From contig CAWEMM010000011.1 of assembly GCA_963810095.1 (NCBI GenBank), positions 64,001-128,000 of the forward strand: a stretch of DNA of 64,000 nt, read 5' to 3'. The translations under genes were made by a program, and so were the position numbers. Shown here piece by piece: positions 1-9,848 of this stretch. Numbering within the stretch: the first letter of the stretch is position 1; each line of letters starts with the position of its first letter. Below the pieces are notes generated by a model. That model was not told the origin of the DNA and did no database searches. It worked only from the letters and a program-made list of their open reading frames with translations. The DNA comes from an uncultured Chloroflexia bacterium. Its GTDB lineage: Bacteria; Chloroflexota; Anaerolineae; CG2-30-64-16.

Positions 1-1137
1 GGCTGCGCGTCCATGAGCCCGACACCTGGGAACGCACCTACAAGTACCTCTTCCTCTCCGGATATCTCACCTACAAGCTTACGGGGCGGCTGGTTGACTC
101 GGTGGGATGCCAGGTCGGCTATGTCCCTTTTGACTACAAGAAACTCGCCTGGGCCGGACCGCACGACTGGAAGTGGCAGGCGGTCCCGATGCCCAAGGAA
201 ATGCTCGTGGACCTCGTGCCACCCGCGAGCGTCATCGGCGAAATTACCCGCGAGGCGAGCGAGCTGACCGGTATTCCGGCGGGACTGCCCTTAATCGCGG
301 CGGCGGCCGACAAGGCGTGCGAGGTCATCGGCGCGGGCTGCGTCCTGCCAAACGTGGGCTGCCTGAGCTACGGCACCACCGCGACGATCAACACGACGCA
401 CCGCCGTTATGTCGAGGTTATCCCGCTCATCCCGCCCTACCCGTCGGCCATCCCCGGCGCGTACAGCCTGGAGGTCCAGGTTTTCCGAGGCTATTGGATG
501 GTTACTTGGTTCGCAGAGCAGTTCGGCAGCGACCTGCGCGGCGGAGGCCGCCGGCCGCGGCGTCGAGCCCGAGCAGGTACTGGACGAGTTGATCGGAGAT
601 TCGAGGCCGGGTTCGATGGGCCTCGTCCTGCAGCCTTACTGGTCGCCCGGATTGAAGCTGCCGGGACCCGAGGCGAAAGGCGCCATTATCGGATTTGGCG
701 ACGTGCACACGCGGGCCGACGTCTACCGCTCCGTGCTCGAGGGGCTGGCATTCGCCCTTCTCGAAGGCAAAGAGCGCACGGAGAAGCGCAGCGGCATCCC
801 CGTCACGGAACTGCGCGTCTCGGGCGGTGGGTCGCAGAGCGATGGCGCCATGCAGATCACGGCCGACATCTTCAACCTGCCCACCGCGCGGCCGCATGTT
901 TACGAGACTTCGGGCGTCGGCGCGGCCATGGACGCGGCGGTCGGTCTCGGCCTGCACCGCGACTTCGACGCCGCAGTCACAGAGATGACGCGTGTCAGCC
1001 GGGTTTTCGAGCCGAATTCCGCTAACCGAGACCTGTACACCGGCCTATACGAGCGGGTCTACAAACGCATGTACCGGCAGTTACGTCCGCTGTACGAGGA
1101 AATCGCCGCAGTCACCGGTTACCCGCCCAAGGTGTAG
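1..1137 (+). CDS. FGGY-family carbohydrate kinase (5' end outside window; frameshift near 535)
   Basis: ORFs 102..1025 and 409..1137 join to give FGGY motifs [35 protein letters not shown] and [10 protein letters not shown]; stop TAG at 1135-1137. Confidence 0.85.
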
Positions 1138-1249
1138 CCGGCGCGCCGAACGCTTCCCGACCACAGCGAATAACGCCGGCTCATCACGGTCTTGCCCGGG
1201 GGCGTCCGTGGCACGCTCCGGGGGCAGAATTGGTCTCAAAGGAGAGGCA

Positions 1250-1981
1250 ATGTCGCCATTAAGCGTTTTGCTCGTGCTGCTCCTGGTCGGGTGGGCCACG
1301 CTTCTTTTCGGCGGGTATGTGGCCGGACGGCACGCAGCTGTTGGTGAGCGCCGCATGTCCCGCTGGACGCGTATCGCCTCCTCGTTCGTCCTCGTTCTCG
1401 CCGCCTGGCTGTCTGTCGTCCTGGCGCAAGGCAGCAATCTCGGCCCTTTTCCCCTCTTGATCGCCGTGGGCATGTCGCTCGGCTTCTGCGGTGACCTGTT
1501 CCTGGCCCGGCTGCTCCCCTTTCCAAGCCACACACTCGGAGGCATGGCGGCGTTCGCGCTCGGCCACGTCGCGTACATCGTCGCCGGGCTGCGTCTGGCC
1601 GCGGTCCTGGGCCTCGATGCCTCCGGCGTGCGCCTGATAAGCTGGCTCGCCTGGCTTCTGATCGGCTTGCTCGGCTGGTATTTCGTCGTCTTCCGCCCCC
1701 AGAAGCAGCACGACGTATTGGACTGGGCCGCCTTGCCCTATGCGCTGCTGCTCGCCTCCACCGCCGGCGTCTTCACCGGCCTCGCGCTTCAAGCGGCCGT
1801 GTTGATCCCTACGGCCTTGGGCGCAGCGCTATTCCTCTTCAGCGACCTGATGATTGCCGCCAAGCTGTTCGCCGGCCGCGAGACCCGCCGCATCAACATC
1901 GACGACCTGATCTGGCTCACCTACGGCCCCGGCCAGATGCTCATCGTCTACACCTCGTTCTACCTGCTGTTGCTTTCCTGA
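1250..1981 (+). CDS. YhhN/lysoplasmalogenase-like multi-pass membrane protein
   Basis: ATG 1250 after GGAGAGG; many hydrophobic segments with GFCGDLFLA, GMAAFALGHVAY and GAALFLFSD motifs typical of YhhN. Confidence 0.75.
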   Translation: MSPLSVLLVLLLVGWATLLFGGYVAGRHAAVGERRMSRWTRIASSFVLVLAAWLSVVLAQGSNLGPFPLLIAVGMSLGFCGDLFLARLLPFPSHTLGGMAAFALGHVAYIVAGLRLAAVLGLDASGVRLISWLAWLLIGLLGWYFVVFRPQKQHDVLDWAALPYALLLASTAGVFTGLALQAAVLIPTALGAALFLFSDLMIAAKLFAGRETRRINIDDLIWLTYGPGQMLIVYTSFYLLLLS

Positions 1982-1985
1982 CCCC

Positions 1986-2082
1986 GAATGGAACGCGGAT
2001 GCAACTGGTTGAACTGATCTGCACGGTCCCGGCGAAAGAGATCGTGATAATCAGTCTGATCAGTTGAATCTGCGTTCCATTC
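1986..2082. repeat. Long imperfect inverted repeat (33-bp arms); possible terminator or REP-like element
   Basis: GAATGGAACGCGGATGCAACTGGTTGAACTGAT (1986-2018) versus ATCAGTCTGATCAGTTGAATCTGCGTTCCATTC (2050-2082): 27/33 Watson-Crick pairs plus 4 G-U pairs, directly after the yhhN-like stop. Confidence 0.8.
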
Positions 2083-2121
2083 TGATCTGCTCGGTCCTGG
2101 ATGCAAGACCCGTGTCTGGAA

Positions 2122-2150
2122 TTGACATCTGTGCCTTTAGCCACTATACT
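2122..2150 (+). promoter_or_regulatory. Sigma70-type promoter of the heme operon
   Basis: TTGACA (2122-2127), 17-bp spacer, TATACT (2145-2150), about 66 bp upstream of ATG 2217. Confidence 0.75.
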
Positions 2151-2216
2151 CCCGTACGCACAGATACAGTTAGCTACGCTCACTTCTGCATAGTTTTGCA
2201 TAGGAATGCGCCACCC

Positions 2217-2999
2217 ATGACTGATACCGGCACCTCGTTGTGGCTTGAACTTGGCGAAGCCGCCGACATCCTCGGCGTGCACTTCACGACGCTGCGGCGC
2301 TGGGCCGACGCGGGGGAGGTCCCTTGCATTCGAACGCCGGGCGGCCGCCGGCGCTTCCAGCGCAGCGAGCTCGCCGCGTTTCTGGCGGGGCTGCGCACGG
2401 GCGATCCTAACGTGAACAAGACCCAGGACAAGCTCGGACTCCCCGCGCCGGTGGCTCAGCTCACGCATGGGGGCCTCAGCCGCGAGCCGTGGTATCCGCG
2501 GCTGGACGACGCCCAGCGGGCCGCGATGCGGGTGGAAGGCCAGGGCCTGATGGCCGTGCTGATGCAGTTCGCCACCCGCACCAACGGCGGCGATGCGTTC
2601 CTGGAAGAAGGCCGCCGGGTGGCCAGCCGTTACGGCGTCGCCTGCCTGCGCGCGGGCCTGACACTCAGCGAGACGATGCAGACGTTCATCAACGTGCGCC
2701 GCGGTATCATGGATTCGGTCTATCAGGCCGGTGCGCTGGCGGGCGCGCCCGACGCCGACACTTGGCGCCTCTACGACCGGATGAACACGTTTCTCGACAA
2801 CATGCTGCTCGCCATGCTCGAATCTTTTGACCGAGCGCGGGCACCATTTGCCACAGAGCGCGCCGAGAGATCGGAGGCGGTTATGGGAGGACCAGGAGCG
2901 TCGAGGCTCGACAACTCCCTAGCCTCTCAAGCCACCTCTGGGCCCGCGGTCACCTCAGTGGCAAACTCTGACTTCGCCGTAGAAGGACCTGACCCTTGA
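2217..2999 (+). CDS. Excisionase/BldC-like (HTH_17) DNA-binding regulator with helical C-terminal domain
   Basis: N-terminus WLELGEAADILGVHFTTLRRWADAGEVPCIRTPGGRRRF; ATG 2217 lies downstream of the promoter; stop overlaps the TTG start of the next gene. Confidence 0.75.
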   Translation: MTDTGTSLWLELGEAADILGVHFTTLRRWADAGEVPCIRTPGGRRRFQRSELAAFLAGLRTGDPNVNKTQDKLGLPAPVAQLTHGGLSREPWYPRLDDAQRAAMRVEGQGLMAVLMQFATRTNGGDAFLEEGRRVASRYGVACLRAGLTLSETMQTFINVRRGIMDSVYQAGALAGAPDADTWRLYDRMNTFLDNMLLAMLESFDRARAPFATERAERSEAVMGGPGASRLDNSLASQATSGPAVTSVANSDFAVEGPDP

Positions 3000-4177
3000 A
3001 CCCTACTCCATATCCGCCGCCCCGGCTGGTCTTCTGGGAAACAACCGCCGGGTGCAATCTCTCGTGCATCCACTGCCGCCGCACCACTGTAGCCGATCAA
3101 CTGGTTCCTCAAGATCTTACCACGCAGGAATCACTCACCCTGGTCGACCAGATCGCAGCCTTTGCCGGCGCCGCGTCGGCGCACCCGATCCTCGTGCTTT
3201 CGGGCGGCGAGCCGCTGTTCCGCCCCGACATCTACCAGATCGCGGGCCATGCCTCGGAGCAAGGGCTGATCGTTGCCCTGGCGACGAATGCCACCCTGGT
3301 CGATGCTGATGTCGCGCGGCGGATCAAGGCGAGCGGCATTCGCCGCGTGAGCGTCAGCTTTGACGGCGCGGATGCGGCTACGCACGACATTTTCCGCGGC
3401 GAAGGTGCATTTGATCGCACGTTGGAAGGCATCGAGCACCTGCGCCGGGAAGGCGTCCCGTTCCAGATCAATACCACGGTGGCGCGCCACAATGTCCACC
3501 AAATGCCCCAGGCGCTGCAGATGGCGAAGGACCTGGGCAGCCAGGCGCTCCATCTCTTCCTCCTCGTGCCCGTCGGCTGCGGCGTCGAGATTGCGGAAGA
3601 CGCCCAGATCACGCCCGTCGAGTACGAGGCGGTGCTGAACTGGATGTATGACGCGGAGATGGAAGGCGGCATCGAGCTCAAAGCCACCTGTGCGCCGCAC
3701 TACTTCCGCATCGTGCGGCAGCGCCAGGCCGAAGAGCGCCGCCAGGGCATCGTGCGCGAGCGGCCGGCCAGCCACCGGCGCCAAGAGGGGGCGGGCGGTG
3801 CGCACCACCCTGGCGGTGCACATCCGGGCGCGAACGGCCACCCCGGCAACGAACAGGCGCGGGCGGCCATGGGCGCGATGACCAAGGGCTGCCTCGCAGG
3901 CACCGGCGTCTGCTTTGTCAGCCACCGGGGCGAAGTTTTCCCGTGCGGCTACCTGCCAGTGGAGGCAGGGAACGTGCGCCGCCAGCCGTTCCAGGAGATC
4001 TGGGAAGGCTCGCAGTTGTTCGGCGAGTTGCGCGACCCCGACCAGCTTGGCGGTAAGTGTGGCCTGTGCGAATTCAAGCGGGTTTGCGGCGGGTGCCGCG
4101 CCCGCGCTTACGGCATGACCCAGGAGTATTTGGGCGAAGAGCCGTTCTGTACCTACGAGCCGAGGGCGTCGGCATAG
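2996..4177 (+). CDS. ahbD: Radical SAM/SPASM protein, AhbD-like heme b synthase (coproheme decarboxylase)
   Basis: CxxxCxxC (CNLSCIHC) after RLVFWETT; LKATCAPHYFRI; SPASM GCLAGTGVCFVSHRGEVFPCGYL and CGLCEFKRVCGGCRARAY; sits in a hem operon. Confidence 0.75.
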   Translation: MNPTPYPPPRLVFWETTAGCNLSCIHCRRTTVADQLVPQDLTTQESLTLVDQIAAFAGAASAHPILVLSGGEPLFRPDIYQIAGHASEQGLIVALATNATLVDADVARRIKASGIRRVSVSFDGADAATHDIFRGEGAFDRTLEGIEHLRREGVPFQINTTVARHNVHQMPQALQMAKDLGSQALHLFLLVPVGCGVEIAEDAQITPVEYEAVLNWMYDAEMEGGIELKATCAPHYFRIVRQRQAEERRQGIVRERPASHRRQEGAGGAHHPGGAHPGANGHPGNEQARAAMGAMTKGCLAGTGVCFVSHRGEVFPCGYLPVEAGNVRRQPFQEIWEGSQLFGELRDPDQLGGKCGLCEFKRVCGGCRARAYGMTQEYLGEEPFCTYEPRASA

Positions 4178-4186
4178 GACACGACG

Positions 4187-5500
4187 ATGACCTTATCCAT
4201 TACCTTGGTCGGGTTGAATTTCCGGTCCGCTGCCATCGACATTCGCGAGCAGCTTGCCCTATCGGGCTGTGCGCTGGACGCTGCGCTCGAACACCTTGCG
4301 CAGCCCTGTTCGGCGCGGGCGCGACGGAGCGCGGTCGCCCTGGAGGCCGCCGAAGCCGTGATCCTTTCGACGTGCAACCGGCTGGAGTTCTACCTGCTGG
4401 AGGCCGGGGAAGGCCGTGCCGTTGCGACGGTCACCACTTATCTGAGGGACGCGCACGGCATCTCGAACGAGCGCCTCGCGGGGCACCTCTACATCAAGAC
4501 AGGCGCCGAGGCGGTGGAGCACCTCCTGCGAGTGGCCGCCGGCCTCGAGTCGATGATCCTGGGCGAACCCCAGATTCTAGGGCAAGTTAGCCGGGCCTAT
4601 GCACAAGCTCACGCCGCGGCGAACAGCGGGACCGGTCCTCTCGCACTTGTTCCACGCTGCGCTGCGCACCGGCAAGCGCGCCCATGCGGAGACGGGCATC
4701 GGCGAGTTCACTTTGTCGCTGAGCCATGCCGCCGCCGACCTGCTGGCCGAGCAACTGCCCTCCCTCGGGCAGAGCCGGGTGCTGGTGGTCGGCGCGGGCG
4801 AGATGGCGGTGTTGGCGGGTCAGGCCGTGCGCGACCACGGAGTGGGTACACTGGCGTTTGCCAACCGTTCGCTTGACGGCGCGCAGGAGCTGGCCTGCCG
4901 TTTCGGGGGCGAGGCGCACCCATGGAGCGAGCTGCGCAGCCTTCTGGAATGGGCCGACGCCGTGATCAGTGCCACCGGCGCGCCGCACGTCGTCATCACC
5001 TTCGACGACGTGGCAGCCGCCCAGGTGGGGCGCGGGGGCCGGCCCCTCTTGTTCATCGACCTGGCGCTGCCTCGTGATGTGGACCCCCTCGTCAACGAGC
5101 TCGAGGGCATCCAGTGTTTCGACCTCGACAAGCTAAACGCGACCCTCGAGGCGAATCGAGCGCGACGCAGTGCAAACGTCCCGGCAGTCGAGACCATCGT
5201 CGCAGAGGAGGCCGGGGGCTTCCTGCGCTGGCTGCGCGCCCGATCCGCTGCACCAACCGTGGCACAGCTACACGAAAAGGCACGCTGTGTGGCCGAGCGG
5301 GAAATCGCCCGTACCGTGCGCCGCCTTGGGCCGGACGACGAGCACCTGGCACACGAGCTGGAGCTGATGACGCACCGCATCGTTCGTAAGCTGCTCCATG
5401 AGCCGACGGTCCGCCTAAGGCGCAGGCGGCGAACGGAGACGGCGTGATCTACCGCGAGGCCGTCGAGGAGCTCTTTGCTCTGGATCGGGGTGAATCATGA
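4187..5500 (+). CDS. hemA: Glutamyl-tRNA reductase (frameshifts near 4625 and 5425)
   Basis: LSTCNRLE catalytic Cys, SMILGEPQILGQV, VVGAGEMA, DLALPRDV, KLLHEPT; a third frame ends IYREAVEELFALDRGES* with ATGA overlap to hemC. Confidence 0.9.
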
Positions 5501-6422
5501 GCCGCCCTGAAGCCATTCGCCTGGGCACCCGCGGCTCGGACCTCGCCCGCTGGCAGACAGAACACGTCGCGCGGCGACTGGCGGAGGCGTGGCCCGGCCT
5601 GCAGACCGAGATCGTCGTGCTGTCGACACGCGGCGACCGGGTGCTCGACACGCCGCTGCCCCAGCTCGGCGGCAAGGGCGCGTTTACGGCCGAGTTGGAG
5701 GCCGCGCTCGCCGAGCGGCGCATCGACGTCGCGGTGCACAGCCTGAAAGACCTGCCCACCGACGAGACGCCCGGGCTCGCAATCGGCGCCATCCTGGAAC
5801 GCGCTCACCCCGGCGACGTGCTGGTTACACGAAGCGGCGCCCGGCTCGCCAAGCTTCCTGCCGGCGCGGCCATCGGAACCAGCAGCCGGCGCCGCGCCGC
5901 CCAGCTCCTGCACCACCACCCCGGCCTGCGCCTGCTCGACGTGCGCGGCAACGTGGACACCCGACTGCGGAAGGCGCTCGACCCTACCGGCCCGTACGAC
6001 GGCGTCGTGTTTGCCCGCTCGGGGCTCGAGCGGCTCGGTCTGCTCGATCCGGGATGGGAGAATCTCGACTTCCAGATCATGCTGCCGGCTCCGGCCAGGG
6101 CGCGCTGGCGGTCCAGTGCCGGGCTGAAGACGATGCGCTCGCCTTGTTGGCCCGGCTAGACGACCCCGAGACGCGCGCCTGCGTGACGGCCGAGCGCGCG
6201 TTCCTCGCGGGATTGGGCGGGGGCTGCTCCGTGCCGGTGGCGGCCTACGCTCAGGTACGCGGCGGACGACTGCACCTCCAGGGCCGGGTAAGCGGCCTGG
6301 ACGGCGTGGAGCAGGTGGACGTCGAAGGCGAGTCAGCGTTCGATGAAAGCTATCACCTGGGCGCCCGCCTGGCCCAACAGGCGGCGGCTCAGGGCGCAGA
6401 CAGGCTACTGACCCATGACTAA
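5497..6422 (+). CDS. hemC: Hydroxymethylbilane synthase (frameshift near 6090)
   Basis: IRLGTRGSDLARWQT, GGKGAFTAELE, AVHSLKDLP, GTSSRRRAAQL, then QGALAV and AERAFLAGLGGGCSVPV in the second frame. Confidence 0.92.
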
Positions 6423-7438
6423 CGTCACTTCATTTCCGGTAGAGCGGCCGCGGCGCTTGCGGCTAAATTCCGCACTCCGCGCGCTGGTCCGTGAGACGTC
6501 CCTGACGCCCGCGGACTTCATCCTGCCGCTCTTCGTGCGCCATGGCGAAGGCCGGCGCGTGCCGATCCAGTCCATGCCCGGCCAGGCACAACTGACGCTC
6601 GACCTGCTCGGGGCCGAGGCGCGCGACATTGCCGCGCACGGCATCCCCACGGTCGTCCTCTTCGGCATTCCGGAACATAAAGACGAGACAGGCAGCGACA
6701 ATTACAGCCCGAACGGCATCGTGCCGAGCGCGATCCGGGTCATCAAGGACGCCGCGCCCGACCTCCAGGTCATCTCAGACATGTGCTTCTGCGAGTACAC
6801 CGACCACGGCCATTGCGGGATCATCAACCTGCCGGGCCAGGAGCACTTTGTCGCGCGCCCTCCCCCACGGCTACCTGCTCAACGACCCCACGCTCGAGCT
6901 CCTGGCCCACGCGTCCGTGGTCCATGCGCAGGCGGGCGCGGACATCATCGCACCTTCCGGTATGCTGGATGGCATGGTCGGTGCGATCCGGAATGGGCTG
7001 GATGCGGCGGGCTTCACCCAGACACCCATCATGAGCTATGCCGTCAAGTATGCTAGCGGGTTCTACGGGCCCTTCCGCGATGCGGCGGAAAGCCCGCCCC
7101 AGTTCGGAGACCGCAGCCAGTATCAAATGGACCCGGCGAATCGCCGGGAGGCACTCAGGGAAGCCGCGCTGGACGTGAGCCAGGGCGCGGACATCCTCAT
7201 GGTCAAGCCCGCACTGCCCTACCTCGACATTATCGCCGACGTGCGCCGGGCGTTCAACCTGCCGGTCGCGGCGTACCAGGTCAGCGGCGAGTACGCGATG
7301 CTGCACGCGGCAGCGGCAAACGGCTGGCTCGACCTGCCGCGCTGCGCGCTGGAGAGCCTGGTCGCGATCAAGCGGGCCGGGGCCGACATGATCCTGACGT
7401 ACTTTGCCCGCGACGCGGTCCGGTGGCTGGAAGGATAA
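6415..7438 (+). CDS. hemB: Porphobilinogen synthase, Zn-type (frameshift near 6855)
   Basis: [59 protein letters not shown]. Confidence 0.93.
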
Positions 7439-7440
7439 AA

Positions 7441-8519
7441 ATGGAAGCTCAGAACGACAGATTCCTGCGCGCATGCCGTCGCGAAGCCGTGGACGCGACG
7501 CCCGTCTGGCTCATGCGGCAGGCCGGCCGCTACATGCCGGAATACCGTGCGCTGCGCGAACACCACCCGTTCCTAGAGATGGTGAAGACGCCCGAACTGG
7601 CCTGCCAGGTCACGATGCAGCCCATCAATGCGTTCGCACTCGACGCGGCGATCATCTTCGCGGACATCCTGCCGCCCCTCGAGGGCATGGGCTTGCAGCT
7701 TTCGTTTGCCGCGGGCGATGGTCCGGTCATTCACAACCCCGTACGGAGCGCGGCAGATGTCGATGCGCTGGTCGTCCGGTCGCCCGAAGAAGCCCTTGGC
7801 TTCACCCTTGAAGCGATCCGGCTCGCCCGTAAGGAGCTGGCGGACCGTGTGCCGCTCATCGGGTTCAGCGGCGCGCCGTTCACGCTGGCCGCGTATGCCA
7901 TCGAGGGCGGCGGCAGCGCCAACCATGCGATTGCCAAGACTTTCATGCTGGCGCAGCCCGCAGCGTGGCATCGCCTGATGGAAAAGCTGAGCCGGGTGGT
8001 GGGCGAATACCTGCTGGCCCAAGCGGCGGCAGGCGCGCAAGCGCTGCAGCTGTTCGACAGTTGGGTGGGGCAGTTGAGCCCGGTCGACTACCGCGAATAC
8101 GTCTTGCCCTACTCTCGCCGCAGCATCGAGATCGCTCGAGGGGCCGGCGTGCCCATCATCCATTTCGGCACGAACACCGGAGGCATGCTCGGTCTGATTG
8201 CCGAGGCCGGCGGCGACGTGATCGGCGTGGACTGGCGGCTGGCGCTCGACGAAGCCTGGCGTAAGCTGGGCCGGGCGTTGCCGTGCAGGGCAATCTTGAC
8301 CCGGTCGCGCTGCTCGCGCCTTGGGAACAGCTTGAGAAGGCTGCGGACCGGGTTCTCCGAGCGGCCGCAGCGACGGGTTGGCCCGGCCACATCTTCAACC
8401 TCGGCCACGGCATTTTGCAGGGGACGCCCGTCGACAACGTGGCCCGCCTCGTCGATTTCGTACATGAACAGACCAACAAACCAGGATTCCTCGGGAAACC
8501 TGGTTTGTCCGCAGCGTAG
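7441..8519 (+). CDS. hemE: Uroporphyrinogen decarboxylase (frameshift near 8270)
   Basis: [35 protein letters not shown], then QGNLDP and HIFNLGHGI in the second frame. Confidence 0.93.
8476..8508. repeat. Palindromic KPGF-type repeat inside the hemE 3' end
   Basis: ACAAACCAGG-ATTCCTCGGGAAA-CCTGGTTTGT, perfect 10-bp arms; encodes [10 protein letters not shown]. Confidence 0.7.
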
Positions 8520-8540
8520 CGTGGAGGAGCGGGACTACAT

Positions 8541-9848
8541 ATGAACACGACGATTTCCGAAGAACTCTTCGAGCGCGCCCGGCAGGTGATCCCGGGCGGC
8601 GTCAACAGCCCGGTGCGCACGTTTCGCGGTGTCGGGGGCACGCCGCGCTTTATCGAGCGGGGTGCGGGCGCATGCGTGTGGGACGCGGACGGCAACCGCT
8701 ACATCGACTACGTACTGTCGTGGGGCCCGCTCACGCTCGGCCACGCGCACCCGCAGGTCGTGGATGCCCTGCAGGACGCTGCCGCTCGGGGTACGAGCTA
8801 CGGCGCGCCAACCCGCCTCGAGACAGAGCTGGCCGAGCTGGTCATCAGCCTGGTCCCCTCCATCGATATGATCCGCTTCGTCAATAGCGGCACGGAAGCG
8901 ACCATGTCAGCCCTGCGGTTGGCGCGGGCATACACCGGTCGGAACAAGATCGTGAAGTTCACCGGCTGCTACCACGGCCACGCGGACCTGCTGCTCGTGC
9001 AAGCAGGCAGCGGCGTTGCGACGCTGGGCCTGCCCGACTCGCCCGGCGTACCGGCAGACACGGTCGCCGACACGCTCGTCGTGCCGTACAACGACCTGGA
9101 TGCCGTCGAATCGCTGTTCGCCCGGCACGGGGATGCGATTGCCGGCGTTATCGTGGAGCCGATCGCGGCGAACATGGGCTTCGTCCTGCCGCGGCCGGGC
9201 TTCCTCAGGGGCCTGCAGGCGCTGTGCCGCCGCCACGGGAGCCTGCTCATCCTCGACGAGGTGATGACCGGCTTCCGCGTCGCACTCGGCGGCGCGCAGG
9301 CGGCCTGGGAGCTCGACCCGGACCTGACGTGCCTGGGCAAGGTGATCGGCGGCGGGCTGCCCGTCGGCGCGTATGCGGGCAAGCGTGAGATCATGCAGCG
9401 GGTAGCGCCCGCCGGCCCGATGTACCAGGCGGGCACCCTCTCGGGCAACCCGCTGGCCATGACCGCTGGCCTCGCGACCCTCCGCGTGCTGTCCGAGCCG
9501 GGCGTCTTCGAGGCCATCGCGCTGGCGACCCAGGAACTGGTGTCCGGGATCAGGTCGGCCGCGGCTGAGTGCGGCGTGCCGCTGCAACTGGGCTCCGCCG
9601 GCAGCATGTTCGGCTTCTATTTCCTCAAGGAGCATGGCGCGGCCATCACCGATTGGGCGAGCGCGAAGCAGTATGCGGACACCGCCCGGTACGGCCGTTT
9701 CTTCCATGCGATGCTCGAGCGCGGCGTGTACTTCGCGCCCAGCCAGTTCGAGGCCGCGTTTATGAGTACGGCTCACGGCCCGGAAGAAATCGACGAGACA
9801 CTCTCTGCGGTGCGTGAGGTCATGGCGGAATTGAGACAATCCGAATGA
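8541..9848 (+). CDS. hemL: Glutamate-1-semialdehyde 2,1-aminomutase
   Basis: Intact 435 aa; [51 protein letters not shown]; RBS GGAGG. Confidence 0.96.
   Translation: MNTTISEELFERARQVIPGGVNSPVRTFRGVGGTPRFIERGAGACVWDADGNRYIDYVLSWGPLTLGHAHPQVVDALQDAAARGTSYGAPTRLETELAELVISLVPSIDMIRFVNSGTEATMSALRLARAYTGRNKIVKFTGCYHGHADLLLVQAGSGVATLGLPDSPGVPADTVADTLVVPYNDLDAVESLFARHGDAIAGVIVEPIAANMGFVLPRPGFLRGLQALCRRHGSLLILDEVMTGFRVALGGAQAAWELDPDLTCLGKVIGGGLPVGAYAGKREIMQRVAPAGPMYQAGTLSGNPLAMTAGLATLRVLSEPGVFEAIALATQELVSGIRSAAAECGVPLQLGSAGSMFGFYFLKEHGAAITDWASAKQYADTARYGRFFHAMLERGVYFAPSQFEAAFMSTAHGPEEIDETLSAVREVMAELRQSE

Noticed and set aside
992-1249. N-terminal extension of the YhhN-like ORF (likewise 2064..2216 for the regulator)
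   Set aside because: The first overlaps the kinase and ATG 1250 has a good RBS; the second overlaps the promoter, and ATG 2217 directly precedes the HTH domain.
2217-2400. Excisionase marking a prophage or integrative element
   Set aside because: No integrase, att sites or phage genes; the domain is fused and coupled to the heme operon.
2996-4177. Radical SAM/SPASM enzyme as RiPP maturase or NirJ
   Set aside because: No precursor peptide, PqqD-like or nir genes nearby; motifs and hem context fit AhbD.
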